Assembly (NCBI RefSeq): GCF_902713615.1
Contig: NW_024055461.1
Coordinates: 2,287,323 to 2,351,322, forward strand
Direction of reading: 5' to 3'
DNA length: 64,000 nucleotides
From: Scyliorhinus canicula
Lineage: Eukaryota
Shown: positions 1 to 12,959 of the stretch, piece after piece
How positions within the stretch are numbered: the stretch's first letter is position 1
Layout: each line of letters begins with the position of its first letter
Program-made: the position numbers and the translations under genes
Notes under the pieces: model-generated
What the model saw: only the letters and a program-made list of their open reading frames with translations
Database searches by the model: none
Told to the model about the DNA's origin: nothing

Positions 1-80
1 CAAAAACTAAAGGCCATCTAACCTACACTATGCCATTATCATCCATATGCTTATCCAATAAACTTTTAAATGCCCTCAAC
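1..80 (-). mobile_element. CR1 LINE 3' region fragment
   Basis: Reverse complement resembles the ORF2 end/3' UTR of the CR1 at 27960-28135 (...LLDKHMDDNGIV in ORF 23..247). Confidence 0.75.
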
Positions 81-84
81 ATGT

Positions 85-1085
85 CTGTGTTTGAGTGAAA
101 GAAAGTGTGTTCACGAGGTATGTATGTACCAGTGTGTGTCAGAGAGAGAAATAAGTGCTTGTGTGAGTATGTATGTGTTTGTGTATGAGAGTGTGCATGT
201 GCGAAAGAGAGAGATTGTTTGAGAGAGGCACGTGACACAATGTGCATGAGAGCGAGCAGGTGAGAGAATGTATGTGTGTGACAGGGTGCGTGTTTGTGTC
301 TGTGGAAGTGTGTGTGAGAGAAAGGGAGAGAGATACAGTAGTATGTTTGAGATTATGTGTGTGAAATAAGGAATGATTCTGTTTGAAGAGCGATTATGGA
401 TGTGAGACTGTGTGTGGGAGAGAGAGATCTGTGTGTCTGAGATAGTGTGTCTGCCATAGAGAGGGAGTGTGTGAGAGAAAGAATGTGCGGATGAGAGAGT
501 GTGTGTGTCAGAGAGAGAGAGAATGTGTGAGAGTGTGAGATACTGCATGCCTGAAAGAGAGAAATAGTTTGTTTGTCAACAGAGAGAGAGAATGAGACAG
601 TGTCCATGAGAGCGAGAGAGAGAGGGCATGTGCCAGGGTGCACGTTTGAGAGAGCGTGTAAGCGAGAGAGTGAGAGAGTAATAATGTGTTGGTGAGTTTG
701 TGTGCGTCTGAGATATTGTATATGTATATAAGAGGGAATATGTGTGAGAGAGAGCCTGAAAGAAAAAATGCTACGTTTGAAGAGCGATTATGCTTGTATG
801 TGAGGGAGAGAGACGGTCTGTGTGTTTGAGAGTGGGTGTGAGAGTGAGGCAAAGTGTGTCAGAGATTTGGTGAAAGAGAATGCGTGTGAGATAGATCGTG
901 TGTGAGTGAGAGCGCGTGAGTGGGAGATCATCACAGTGTGTCTGAGAGTGAGATTGTGAGTGTGTGATTGTGTGTGAGGCACAGTGTGTATATTTGAAAG
1001 AAGTATTGTGATTATGCGCGTGAGAGAATTCGTTTGTGTGAGGATGTAAGAGAAATAGCGAGTGAGAGAGTGAGAGTGTGTATGT
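85..1085. repeat. Degenerate (GT)n/(GA)n low-complexity tract
   Basis: About 1 kb of mixed gt/ga dinucleotide runs; explains the His/Ser/Thr/Leu-rich spurious ORFs. Confidence 0.9.
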
Positions 1086-1293
1086 GTTTGTATCGATGTA
1101 TGGGTGCACCAACACCTGCAAGTTCCCTTCCAAGACACTCACCATCCTGATTTGGAAATATACTGCCAATCCTTCACTGTCGCCGAGTCAAAATTCTGGA
1201 CCTCCCTCCCTAGCAATATTGCAGATATACCTCCGCCACATGGACTGCAGCTATTCAAGGATGCTTCACATCAAAACTTTCCCAAGGACCCTT

Positions 1294-1479
1294 AATGAAA
1301 TGAAATGAAAATCGCTTATTGTCACGAGTAGGCTTCAATGAAGTTACTGTGAAAAGCCCCTAGTCGCCACATTCCAGCGCCTGTCCGGGGAGGCTGGTAC
1401 GGGAATCGAATCGTGCTGCTGGCCTGCTTAGTCTGCTGTAAAAAGCCAGCGATTTAGCCGAGTGAGCAAAACCAGCCCC
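1294..1479 (-). mobile_element. Short tRNA-derived shark SINE (family B)
   Basis: Minus strand GGGGCTGGTTTTGCTCACTCGGCTAAATCGC...GATTCGATTCCCGTACC...(ATTTC)n tail; homologous copies at 15358, 17060, 23275. Confidence 0.8.
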
Positions 1480-3589
1480 AGGGATATATATTAAAATCTA
1501 GCCTTGCCAGCGCCTCCAGAATCCTAGGATAGGATTAAAAATCAAATGCAAAGGGATTTCTCCGCTGCACTGACGCATTAAATAGATCAAGGACTGCCAT
1601 AGCACGGAATGTAACCCAATAAATCGCTCTCTGCATTGCCGAATCGAAAATTCCCAAGACCGATATATCACTGCTTAAAAATCAACCAAATCTCCTTCTC
1701 CAGCCTGTCTGGCGTTGCTGAATTCTTTCTGACTGTCACAATCTGGGTTTGGAATCCCCTTTCTGAGTCACCTAGTCAAACATCAAGTATAATTTCCACA
1801 TTCCACACATATACAAGTTTTATTGAAGAGATTGATCAAATTGTACTCCCTGAAATATTGGAAAATGAAGCAGAAGATTTACAACCAATCAGGAAGATTC
1901 CTGGTCCCAGCACAGTGACCGCACGCACAGAAACTGAACAGACGCAAATGACAACAATCGAGTTCCAGCAGATAGATCTGTTCAATCTGTCAGTTTCATG
2001 AAACTGTTTGATTCTAATTTATCAATGGTCAACTTCCGAAAACAATAATTTAGTAACTTATTTGAAATTAAACTGACATTAATTTCAAAACTGCATTCGT
2101 TTTTTAACTATTTCTCTCTGTCTATCTCAAAACTCGATAATTGGGCAAAAAGTAGTTTTGCTGAAAATGAGCAGATTAAATATTACAGATTCAGGGTAGA
2201 TTAATGACGGAACAGAGACTCAGTGACAGGGTAATAATTAAACAAACCAGGAAATATTCACATTACCCACATTGTATGATCTAAAAACACAATTAAATGT
2301 AATCAGAAAAATAATCAGGGCAAAAGAATGTAATCAGTAAAATAATTGAGCTGCACACAGCAGTATAATGAAATGTATGGTTTCCTCAATTAATTTCAGA
2401 TATTATTAAAATTCTCTAAAACATTTGAGATATTGCACGCCAGGATACAACTCAATTGTAGGAGATCATTTATGTTGAATTAATTCTCACTGATATTGTA
2501 CTGTAATTTATTGTTAATTGTCAGCTAATTCTTTATTCGATTATCTGTACTATAATAATAAATATAATAAAAATAGCATTCAATAATCCCCAAATTGTTT
2601 TTACCCAGAGCGTTATGAAATAATTGGGGTTTAATTAAAACAACCTGACAATCAAACAATGTTGAACAGTAAACTCCAAATTACTCGATGGAAACATCTT
2701 AACATTTAATTGACTATATTCACATTTCTTTAAACTCCAATTGCACTATTCGACCTACAAATGTGTAAAATATGCGCCTTTCTGAAAACATTGATAAATC
2801 ATAAACTCCATCTATTCTCAGAAAGTAATGAATATAACGCGAACAGCTCAGTAATGTTTATTCAAATCATTTGCAAAACTCACCCATTATGAGCAAGTGG
2901 AGTCGACAATTTGTTGTTGAATTTAGCATTTAATAAAATTTATGCCTAAAGCTAAGATATAATCATTCTTCCTTTCCAATCATCTGTTCTTCCTATAATT
3001 CTATCGTGTGTAGAGCACAGCTATGGGAGACAGGATTTCATTATCAAATGCAAAGCTACTTTTAACCTTTTGTAAATAAATAAACCGGTTTGACATTCAA
3101 GCTTTTACTTTTCAATCTCTTGCCATAGGCAATCTGAACTTTCCTACAATACAAATAAAATCATGGGAACAATTCCTTGATTGGCAGCGACTTCCACATC
3201 TCAGAAAACTATTTAAGATTAGATTAATGATAATTACCTCGCTATCCAACTACACATTACAGTGAAGGTATAATATGGTTGCAGCGGCACAGAAATAATA
3301 GAATAACTGGAATTACAAAGTATTTCCAGCCTAGAAACCTGTCCGGTCAAGTTAACCTCGTGCGGAACACAGCAGGATTGTGAAAGATGATTAATGATGA
3401 ATTATATTAATATATAATAACCTTTGGTTAATATGGAGTTGTATCACCGCATTGGAATTGTTTGAATTATATAAATGTTACTATGTTCTGCATGGTCGTT
3501 TCAGTCACTATTTCGTTTAATCTGGAAGCATCAGTTAAAATTACAAAATGCATCAATATATCTTTATTCGATTATTTTCTTAAGCCTGG

Positions 3590-4630
3590 CTGTTTTCACC
3601 CGACAATCGCCCTTCAAGCATTTTCAAACGCGGAGACTGTTTGCATTCAACCAGAAAACGTGTAACCGCTCAGTGTCACCGAGTTTAAACAATGCAGAAA
3701 CAATGCAGAAACGCTGAACCGTTTGACAGATCTGAATCATTTAAAGTCACCCAGATACACAATCTCCTCAGCAGAACAAAACACTAAATTACATCAATGA
3801 AGGACTGAAACCCGTTTATGGAGAAGCAGCTCAATTCTACGTCGAACAGCATCAAACTTAACTTTGCAAGAAAATATCAATATCCAGCAAACCAGCTAGT
3901 CACCAAATGTATGAATTATTAAACTAAACAGAAATGTGGAATAACAGCAATAGCATTGCGAGGTGCTCGAATATTAACAACAAATAAATATTGAAACTTA
4001 ACCATTTTTTTCATACTGAGTCATTTTTCAAACACATTTAATGCTTTTAATGTTTGCAGTTGATGGTAAAAGCTGCAACCATCAGATGCCACGGAGATTT
4101 AAATTTGCACAAACGGCAAACTGATTGCAGCAACAACTTGTGCTCGGAAAGGATTGTCGTAGAACGTGGCTTAGTTTAACCTGCAATTTTCACTTTTTTT
4201 CAAGATGCAGAAACAGCCTCCCTGTTCTCTGCCGACAATCCTGCGACAAGCAGTTTCAAACACGCAGACTCTGCATTCAATCACAAACCGTGTAACCGCT
4301 CAGTGTCACCGAGTTGAAACAATACAGACACACCAAACCGTTTCACAAACTTTCCTACACAAAGTCACCCAAAAACATTCCGCAGCAGGAAAACACCAAA
4401 TCACATCACTGAAGGAGTGAAACATCATAGAGAAGCAGCTCAATTCTACAAAACACTTCCAAAAGAATCGAATGTAACATTGCAAGAAAATCTCAATTTA
4501 GAATGGACCAAACCCTCATGTCATCAAATGAATGAACAGTAAACTAAACAGAAAACTTGAATGATATCATCAGCACTTTAGGTAAGCAGAACATGTTCAA
4601 TAAGATAATACAGAAACTTTAGCACATTTT
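3590..4630. repeat. Diverged direct duplication (~410-bp unit) downstream of JH
   Basis: 3590-4000 aligns with 4220-4630, sharing identical blocks gtgtaaccgctcagtgtcaccgagtt and gagaagcagctcaattctac. Confidence 0.8.
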
Positions 4631-5000
4631 ATCAATGTTGGGGTCGATCTCAGACACTTGTGCGGTGGACGGTACAAACTGCAGACATTAGATAGAACCG
4701 AGATTAAACATCGTACAAACAGACGTTTTGTATTTAAAGTAACCGAACCACACAGTATCCTCAGCAAATAAACATTAGATCACAGCAACCAGCGACTCAT
4801 CCCTGAGTAGTATCTTTCTGTCAAGAAACCGCGGGATTCTGTATTCCCCTTTCAGCAGAATCAAATGAAACATTGCAACAACATCGCAATACATGATCCA
4901 CCAAAACACATTTCAGTGAACGAATGGATTTTGAAAATGCAGAAAAATATAAAACAAATACTCAAGTAAAACAGTTGGTAAATGACGGAATGGTTCTTAC

Positions 5001-5048
5001 CTGCAGTTACCGTCACCATGGTGCCTTGTCCCCAGTAGCTCATGATGT
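5001..5048 (-). CDS. IGHJ: Ig heavy-chain J segment (IMSYWGQGTMVTVTA)
   Basis: WGxG motif; phase-1 splice donor GTAAG at 5000-4996; preceded by a 23-RSS. Confidence 0.95.
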
Positions 5049-5087
5049 CACAGTGTCATATTCCCTGGGCAGCTCCATACAATAACC
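5049..5087. other. JH 23-RSS
   Basis: CACAGTG 5049-5055, 23-bp spacer, ACAATAACC 5079-5087. Confidence 0.93.
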
Positions 5088-5409
5088 GCACCTGCATATA
5101 ATAGACAGAAATCCACCATTATTTTAAATATTCACAAACCAACCGTAAAGAAAATTCACGATTAATTTTCAGGAAATTATATTAATATTTGTGGATACCG
5201 TTCTCTCTTCATAAATGACCGAATGTTTTATATTTCACAGACATGGAAATGTTATTGAAAACACCAATTGTGACTAAATAACGACCACCAATTTTCCACA
5301 TTCATTCTTATTATTTTCTCATTGCTGGAATCAAATAATGCTTCACTGTGAATAAAGTTGGATTGTAAAATCGAGCACTGAGCCAGCCTCAGTTAATTAG
5401 TGCTGAGGG

Positions 5410-5475
5410 GCTTTTTGTATTGACAGTAACTGCTGTGCCCCAGTTGTCACAGTGAGACACAGCGTGTCAAATACT
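5410..5475 (-). other. IGHD: D2 segment (ACAACTGGGG, 5438-5447) with 12/12 RSS
   Basis: 3' RSS CACAGCA-12-ACAAAAAGC (5437 to 5410); 5' RSS CACAGTG-12-TCAAATACT (5448-5475). Confidence 0.9.
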
Positions 5476-5787
5476 GCGGCAGACTGTTAACTATAAAATA
5501 CAGAGATTTAATTTCACTGCTCTCCCAAAAAACTAACTCTGTCTCTTCCAAGGGCGAATGGGTGAGTTATTTCAGCTTGTCCTGGTCATTACATTTAGAA
5601 AGAAGATCGGAACACTTTTAAAACCTCTGTGCACATTTCGCGAGTCGGTCAACAGTGATAAAGTGGAAGATTTTGATACCTTTTTGCAAACTAATATTAC
5701 TTCCAAACGTTGTTTTATTTAAAACTCGTTTACTTTAACGTTCGTGCTGTGACGCTGATCACCAATTTGAACAAGCTCTTTCACTGA

Positions 5788-5865
5788 GGTTTTTGTATGA
5801 GGATGTCGCTGTGCACAGCACTGTGACCCACTGTAGTCACAGTGACAGACACCCGCACAAAAACT
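5788..5865 (-). other. IGHD: D1 segment (ACTACAGTGGGT, 5826-5837) with 12/22 RSS
   Basis: 5' RSS CACAGTG-12-ACAAAAACT (5838-5865); 3' RSS CACAGTG-22-ACAAAAACC (5825 to 5788). This is the classic elasmobranch IgM D1 arrangement. Confidence 0.93.
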
Positions 5866-6235
5866 GCACTCACTCTCTGTTCAGTCCTGCCGCTCAATAT
5901 TCGCTACAAATACAGGTTTACTTCTGATCTAATTTACAATTTATACAGCAGTTTATCAAATCCAATGGACATAGATTTTCCCAAGTATCAGAAATAATAA
6001 AACGATGATTATATACAAGTCTGTAATAGCTGAAACTGTTAACAATAAATATAAACTGACACAAGCTCATCCTATTATATCGATTGGTGTGTTCAGTTTT
6101 ACTGTTTAATTTTCTCTGTGTTAGTTATGTAAGAAGCAGCTTGTGCAATGACTCTGATCACTGACATTAATATTACATTTGAATCAAGTGCTGACCTTCA
6201 GGTTAAGCTGCAAGTTGCTGAATTCCCTCTCGAGC

Positions 6236-6274
6236 TGTTCTTGTGCGGGTCCAGCCCTGGTTCCTCTCGCTGTG
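6236..6274 (-). other. VH 23-RSS
   Basis: CACAGCG (6274-6268), 23-bp spacer, ACAAGAACA (6244-6236), directly after YYCAR. Confidence 0.92.
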
Positions 6275-6765
6275 GTGTCTTGCACAGTAATAGATGGCGG
6301 TGTCTTCGGTCTTCAGGCTCCTCATGGCCAAAGAGAAGATGTTGTTCGAAGTGTCTTTGGACGCAGTGAATCGATCTTTAATGGCTGGGGCGTAGTTGTT
6401 GTTAGATGAACTATAGAAGTAAAGCAGCCACTCCAGCCCCTGTCCGGGAACCTGGCGGACCCAGTGCATGTAGTAGCTGCCGAGATCGAAGCCGCTGGTT
6501 TTGCAGGTCAGTGTCAGGGAGCCTCCGGGACGCCCGGTCTCTGCCTCTGGCTGAGTCAACACAACATCCGACTGGACACCTGTAAAAATATATCAAAAAG
6601 CCCGAGGATTAATGCTGGTGAAATGATTGGTGACTCTGGAACATTCCAGAGAGAGACTAACACTGAGACAGTAACAGTGAGAGACTTGGACAATAAAAAC
6701 TACTCACGGGATAAGAAAGTCAGCAACAAACTAAGAGAAATGGCCCACCTCATCCTTCTGGTCAT
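6275..6765 (-). CDS. IGHV: IgM-type heavy-chain V gene: leader exon 6753(or 6765)-6708, V exon 6579-6275
   Basis: Leader [21 protein letters not shown] donor, AG acceptor 6581-6580; open frame [27 protein letters not shown]...[12 protein letters not shown]...DTAIYYCAR, typical of shark IgM VH. Confidence 0.95.
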
Positions 6766-6843
6766 TTGGGGGAAATGGTTGTGTCAGGAACTCAGTGAAC
6801 AAACCAGCTCCCGGACTGTTAGATTCGGGTCCCAGTGAGCGGC

Positions 6844-6852
6844 ATTTAAATA
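6844..6852 (-). promoter_or_regulatory. TATA-like box of VH promoter
   Basis: TATTTAAAT about 80-90 bp upstream of the leader ATG with an adjacent GC box; no octamer in the proximal 300 bp. Confidence 0.5.
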
Positions 6853-9800
6853 CCCGGCAGAAGGGGGCGGCTTTCCAGGCACCGCCTGTTGATTCCCTGG
6901 TGGAGGCGGCGACTGGATCCACGTCCCACCTTCAACACCCCCAACAGAATGGACTCAGAGATTTACTATAGACTATTAATTAAAAAAAGACATTAGATCG
7001 GTATCGGTATATTTGATTGGCTGAATGGATTGATTGTAATGTCTATCCTCATCCGAATGGAAATTTATATTTGAACATCTATAAGTAAAATCTAATTCCA
7101 TTATATATGAAGTCTCTTTATTTATACACTCCAATATAAAGGGATGAACATAAACAGATTAAATTACATTATCAGGGAATAAATCGTCTGTCAGTCAGAT
7201 TTGCAACACTCCGGGACTCTATCCCATTCCAACAATAAAGAATAATTCATCAGACGAAATGTAACTAAATGAGGGAATGAATGACGTGATTACATTTGCA
7301 GTGCGGATGGCCATCACTGTACAATGTGGGTCTGCAGACAAGATGAAACTCCTCACATTACACAATATCTCTCTTTACATTTCTGGAACAGCCCCTGAGC
7401 CTCAGACAGTCCTGTGAACATTAGAGGTAAAAGAAGCCGCTTGCCTGATAATTCAGCAGTGAGTTGACAGAGAAACATAACATTCACACCAGCTTTTGAC
7501 AGAGAAGTTAATGAATCAGAACGGACGCGGCGATCTGCAAAGTTATCCTTCAGCATCCAAATCATTGCCGCTAATTTTACTGACCACCGTTTGTCTAACA
7601 TTCACTGGTGTTGGGAACACAGGATATCAGGCCTTTGCTGCATATTACACAATATCACAGGAATAAATGTTTCATCTTCCACTGAAGCAGGTCATGAACT
7701 GGTCATTTCTCCACTTATTGGCAGCAATGAGAGGGACTGCTAAATAATGGAAATCAGCACAAATTAAACTGTACAGAACACGGTGTTAATCGGGTATAAG
7801 AGACGCCTCCGTTTAACGGAGATCAACAACTCGGAGAATATCCCAGGAATCCCCCCGAGTTCAATGCAGTTTATTTACTTTTATTTCATTTTATTTTATT
7901 TTTTGGAATTTGAGTCATCTTATTGAACTTGTAGATTGTGTCCATCAACACCAATCACTCTCTCACCTCATTCGGTTCTCAACAAACGGACTTTAATAAC
8001 TAGAGTGATCTTTACTCAGAACTAATATAAATTAAATAGTATCTGGTTACTATTTTCCGATCATGTTTAATCTCATAGTGAACAAAACATTCAGTGAATA
8101 TATTTATTTGCATGGATCACCATTTAAAACGTTCACTTCATGTGCGACTAAAACATTTATTGTTTGAATGGATAAATCCCATTTAATCCATTCATATTCA
8201 GGCTAATCTGCCCCACACAGTATTTGGCAGCAATCCAGCCGCCTGCAGTCAGGGAGGCTCGAATGTTCAATGTTGTTTACAGGAAACATCTGTACTTTTT
8301 TTTCAAAGATCTGTTTGCTCAGTACTGACCGCTTGGCTGCAATCCAACTTCAAACTCTTAACATTGCCAATGAGGACTATTTATAAACAAATCTACCCAG
8401 CAACAGTACTGGAGATCTTTTTATGTTTTAAATTGTGAACCTATTTGAACTGTTCCCATCTCTAAGGAAAGGAGAGTTATCCAGCTTCTCTGACCAATCG
8501 TAGCAATTGCCGGCTGGAGTATCTCTCCCACATCTCATAACATTGTGATGATGGATAGGAATACAAGCAGACTATCAGACAGGGGCTACATTTTGTAATA
8601 TATAAACATGTACATTTACGTGTTTTTCCCTTTATTCTTCCATGGAATGTGGGAGTCACTGGCAAGACCACCATGTATTCCCTGTCCCTAATTGCTGTTG
8701 AACTGAGTGGTTTGCTGGGCCAGCTCAGAAGGAACTGAAGAGTCAGACATGTTGCTGTCTGACTGGAGCCACATGTAGGTGAGACCAGGGAGGGATGTCA
8801 GATTTCCTTCATTAGTGAAGCAGAGGGGGTTTCATGGTGACCATTAGTATGTATTCCGGATTTATTAACTGAACTCAAATTCCCCCACCGGCCATGGTGG
8901 GATTTGTACCCAAGCCCCCACAGAATTAGCCCGGGCCTTTGGATTATTGGTTCAATGTCATTAATACTCCCCCACTACCGACCCAAAAGATAACGGGATT
9001 ACTGCTTTGATGTAGGGATGGATGTTTGTTAGATGCCTGAATATTTTGATTGTGGAATCGGTGAATGGGTTTGATGGATGCATGGATAGATGGTCCTGAA
9101 AGATGCTGTTCTACATTCTCAGTTATGTGCTTGATGACTTCACAAATTAAATCAGGCCCTTTATAATGTGTGTCAGTATAATGCATTCGGTGGCTCAAAC
9201 TTTTCTGGGTGAATTCCGTCCCCAGACTATCGGGAACTGATGAGATGGACGTCACTAAGAGGAAACTTGAGATATCCTGCGGTTCTGGTGATTCTTCTCT
9301 GCTGATGGCGAATCTTCATCTCAAAGACAGAAAGCAGGAACATGATGACGTTGAGGGGGGACGGTTGTAATATTTGGAACATGTGGTAATTTCATGTACA
9401 ATAGGTCAATTAAGATGTCCTCACCCAAATTAATGAAGACACCAGACTGAAAACACATTAATGTGAAAACTGAAATACTGTGAAACTCAGTGGACAGCTG
9501 CAGACGTTGAATTAGTTTCCAAATCATTGTAATAACATACTGGGATTCAAAGATTCATCAGCGTCACATTGGGGACAGACATTTTCATTTCTACCGACAC
9601 TTTAAAAATCATCTCACACTCCAGTCTGGAGATTCTGTGTGACGATGAGGAGATAACTGACCAATACAACGCAGAGGCTGCTGGGTAGCTGCACATAATC
9701 CTCGGTCTGGTTTAATTCCATTTCACATTGAATACTGATGCAGATGTGACTACTCGGTGACAGAATAGTCAATCCTATCTCAATTAAATTATGTTGAACA

Positions 9801-10039
9801 TATGACTATAGGAATTAGGAGCGGAAGTAGGCAGTTCAGCCCTTCGAGCCTGCTCCGCCATTCAATCATCATGGCTGATCTCTTCCTGGTCTCAAATCCA
9901 CCTCCCTTAAATGAATTGCATTTACAGTTTGTAAAAAAAAGTGTGGATCATAATTGGTAAATATAACGTTTTATGTTGTGAGTTGATGATAATTGATTAA
10001 TATCATTATTTAACTTTGTGAATTGTGACAATTGGTAAT

Positions 10040-10740
10040 ATTCGCCACGGAATTGCTAAACAATGACCATCTCCAGCAAAATAGAATCTCACCATCGCCA
10101 CTTGATATTGACTGATACTGCCATCGCTGAATCCCGCACGATCAATACACTGGGGTTACTATTGACCAGGAACTGTACTGGACTAACCATATAAATGCTG
10201 AGGCTACAAGATCCGGTTAGCGTCTCGGAAGCCTGCAGCGAGCAACTCACCTCCTGATTCCGAAAGCCTGTTCACCATCTGCAAGGCACAAGTCAGGACT
10301 GTTGAATACTCTGACACCTTCCAGGCCAAAGCAGCTCCGCTTGATTGCCACCCCATGTGCAAACACTCATTCCATCCACCACCGACTAACAATGGCAATC
10401 ATGTACCATCCACAAGATGAGCTGCAGGAGCGCAGCAAGTCTCCCTTGAAACACTTTCTAAACCCAGGACCATTACCTCCCAGAAGGAAAAGGCAGCAGA
10501 CACATGGGAAGATGACCACCTGGAAATTCCCCTCCAGATCACTCACTATCCTGACTTGGAAAAATATCACAGAATCTTCAGTGTCGTGATTCAAAAACCT
10601 ACAACTGCCTCCCTAACAGCATCGTCGGTGTACCTACACCAGAGTGACTGCAGAGGTTCAAACAGGCAGTTCACCGCCTCTTTGTGAAAGGGCAATTAGC
10701 GATGGACAATAAGTCATGGCCTAGCCCTCGGCGGCCACAC
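10040..10740 (+). mobile_element. Old degenerate L2/CR1-type LINE 3' fragment
   Basis: Shares the 3' motif gactgcag(c)ggttcaa...gggcaattag with related fragments at ~1090-1290, 12960-14280, 38800-39416 and (minus) 46310-47200. Confidence 0.5.
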
Positions 10741-11559
10741 CGTATAACTTAATTTAAAACTGTACTTTGTGGAACGATGGCAATTTGTGAATCTAATTAA
10801 TTATATTCATAAATGAATGAAAATTGGTGAATATAATTGTTATGCTTCTGAACATTTATGGCCTGCTCTTTCTCTGCTGGAAGATATAACCCATCCCACA
10901 GGAGATTCATGATGCAAAATCATAACCAATATCTGAAAACAAAGTGGACAGAGGAGACTGCAGCAACTATTGGCATATCTCACTCATAGCAGCACTGGGA
11001 AGGCCTTTCCAATGGTCACAGTTTAAACACTTCACCTGCTTGCAGGTCGAATGTTGCTGGAAGAAAGGGGCTGTGTTTGCGTCGCAAGATTTACTCTGGA
11101 CATGATCTGCTCCCTATACCACATGCCTACCTCTTCACCTTACGTTCGTCAATCTCAAAAAAAATTCGACACTGTCAGCGGAGTGGGGACTATATGATTT
11201 GGGGAAAATTGGCTGTCTGCCTAAGCTCCCCTGTCGCACTCACTCCTCCATGGCAAAATGCACTGCACTGTACTGATTGATGATTCCACTTCCGAATGAT
11301 TCTAAGTGAATAATTGAATGAAAGAGGACCTCGTACCACACCCAACTCTATTCGGCAGATTTTCCTCCATGCTGCTGATCTTCGCCTTCCCTGAAGGTAT
11401 GGATGAACCCACTTGCAAACTCATGGACTCTGTCCTCAGTGCCTTGTAACTTGTTCTTCCTTAACATACGCATGAGGAAAACAGTGGCAGTGGGACAAGG
11501 TGTTGCACTCTCGCCATGGTCACACTAAATAAGAGCCGGTGAGCAGATTCTGCTCTCGA

Positions 11560-12110
11560 GATTCCACGGTGAGAGACTGCCTTGATGTAGAATGTGATGC
11601 TGTCATGGAGAAAGCAGATGCGACCTCTGTTTTTCTCATTGAACGCTCATGGAATAACATCAAACTGACCCTTTGGAACAAGCAGGTGGTTTATAAGGCC
11701 TGAACGCCCAGAACCTTCTTGAATGGCTGTGAAACAGGAACACCTGCACCTGTCAAGAAAAATAACTCAGCCAATGTCATCTTTGTTGTCTGCAATGCAT
11801 TTTGGATATTTACTGGCCGGACAATATCAGAAATGCGGCAGTTTTCTCAAAGACAGAGCTTGCAAGTCTCTTCAAGAAAATTTAAAGGAGATGGTTTGCA
11901 CATTTTCAGTCTGGTCCCTAAATGGGACATAGTCACACAACCAAGGAATTTCCACTTTGCGAAGTAGCCGGAGCCAGGCACCCAGCGGAAGGCCGATATC
12001 CCGCTTCAAGCATTTTTCCAAGTGTGATATAATGTCCCAAAACCTAAACATTGATCATCACAATCGGGTGTCACCGGCTGCAAACTGAAAAAATGGCGAC
12101 ACCTCCGGTG
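11560..12110 (+). mobile_element. Degenerate RTE-clade LINE fragment
   Basis: Encodes VVYKA...LNGCETGT, resembling the RTE post-RT motif VY.AVV...LLYG.ETWT. Confidence 0.5.
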
Positions 12111-12959
12111 GGCTGGTGTGAGCCACCAGGACCCACAAACAGTCTCTCACACACACATTCTCTCTGTCTTACACGCACACCCTACATTTCCCCTTTAAAA
12201 TTAAAATCCCATGTGAACTCCCTGGGAAGCTTCGAACACAATGGCCCCAACCATTTTGCAGGTGGTATAATGAATCAATTAACTCTGCCCAACACTATGT
12301 TTGTTAGATGGATGTTACATTTACCATGGACTCCACACAACGCCCAGGTAAACATTCCTCTACTTAACAAAGATGAACAAAGATGACCAGGAATTGAGCC
12401 ACTTTGCTCTGGTGCTGAACTCAATGTTGGCGAATCAGCCAGCGACACCTGCAATTAGTTACACCTTAAAATTTGGCACCTCCCGTAGAAGGCGATGTGA
12501 TATTACATTTGTGCAAATGGATTATGGATACATCAACATCATGGATTATACCTGACAGGGACATTTTCACAGTAACTGCAATTGCAAAGTTTGGCCAGCA
12601 GATGGAATTTAAATCGAGATGTCTTGCATTACATGAAGCAGACATTGCCTCAATAATTACTGCTGCCTCTGCTAATTTTAAATAGGACTCCATCTGTATT
12701 TTTGTTAGGCTAGACACTGTCTTTGTTTTTATACACGGCACTCTGTGTCAATTAATACTGCACCAGTACTTGTCAATGTTTATATCACACAATCAATGTG
12801 TTCCTATTTTCAATATGCAGGATCTGTCTCTGCAGTTTTGCCACATCCAGTCCTGAATAGTAATGAATAAATAAACAAAAGGCCGGAATAGGAGTCTCAA
12901 TAAAATTCCCCTCTTCAATGATGCGGGAGCCCAGCACGTCAGTGCAAAAAACAAGACTG

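Noticed and set aside
23-1169. Six overlapping ORFs at the left end
   Set aside because: Products of GT/GA low-complexity sequence; no domain or splice structure.
1880-1950. CACAGTG at 1911 next to a J-like minus-strand string (LGPGIFLI)
   Set aside because: The nearest nonamer-like ACAGAAACT is at a 9-bp spacer, there is no F/W before GxG and no convincing donor; probably chance.
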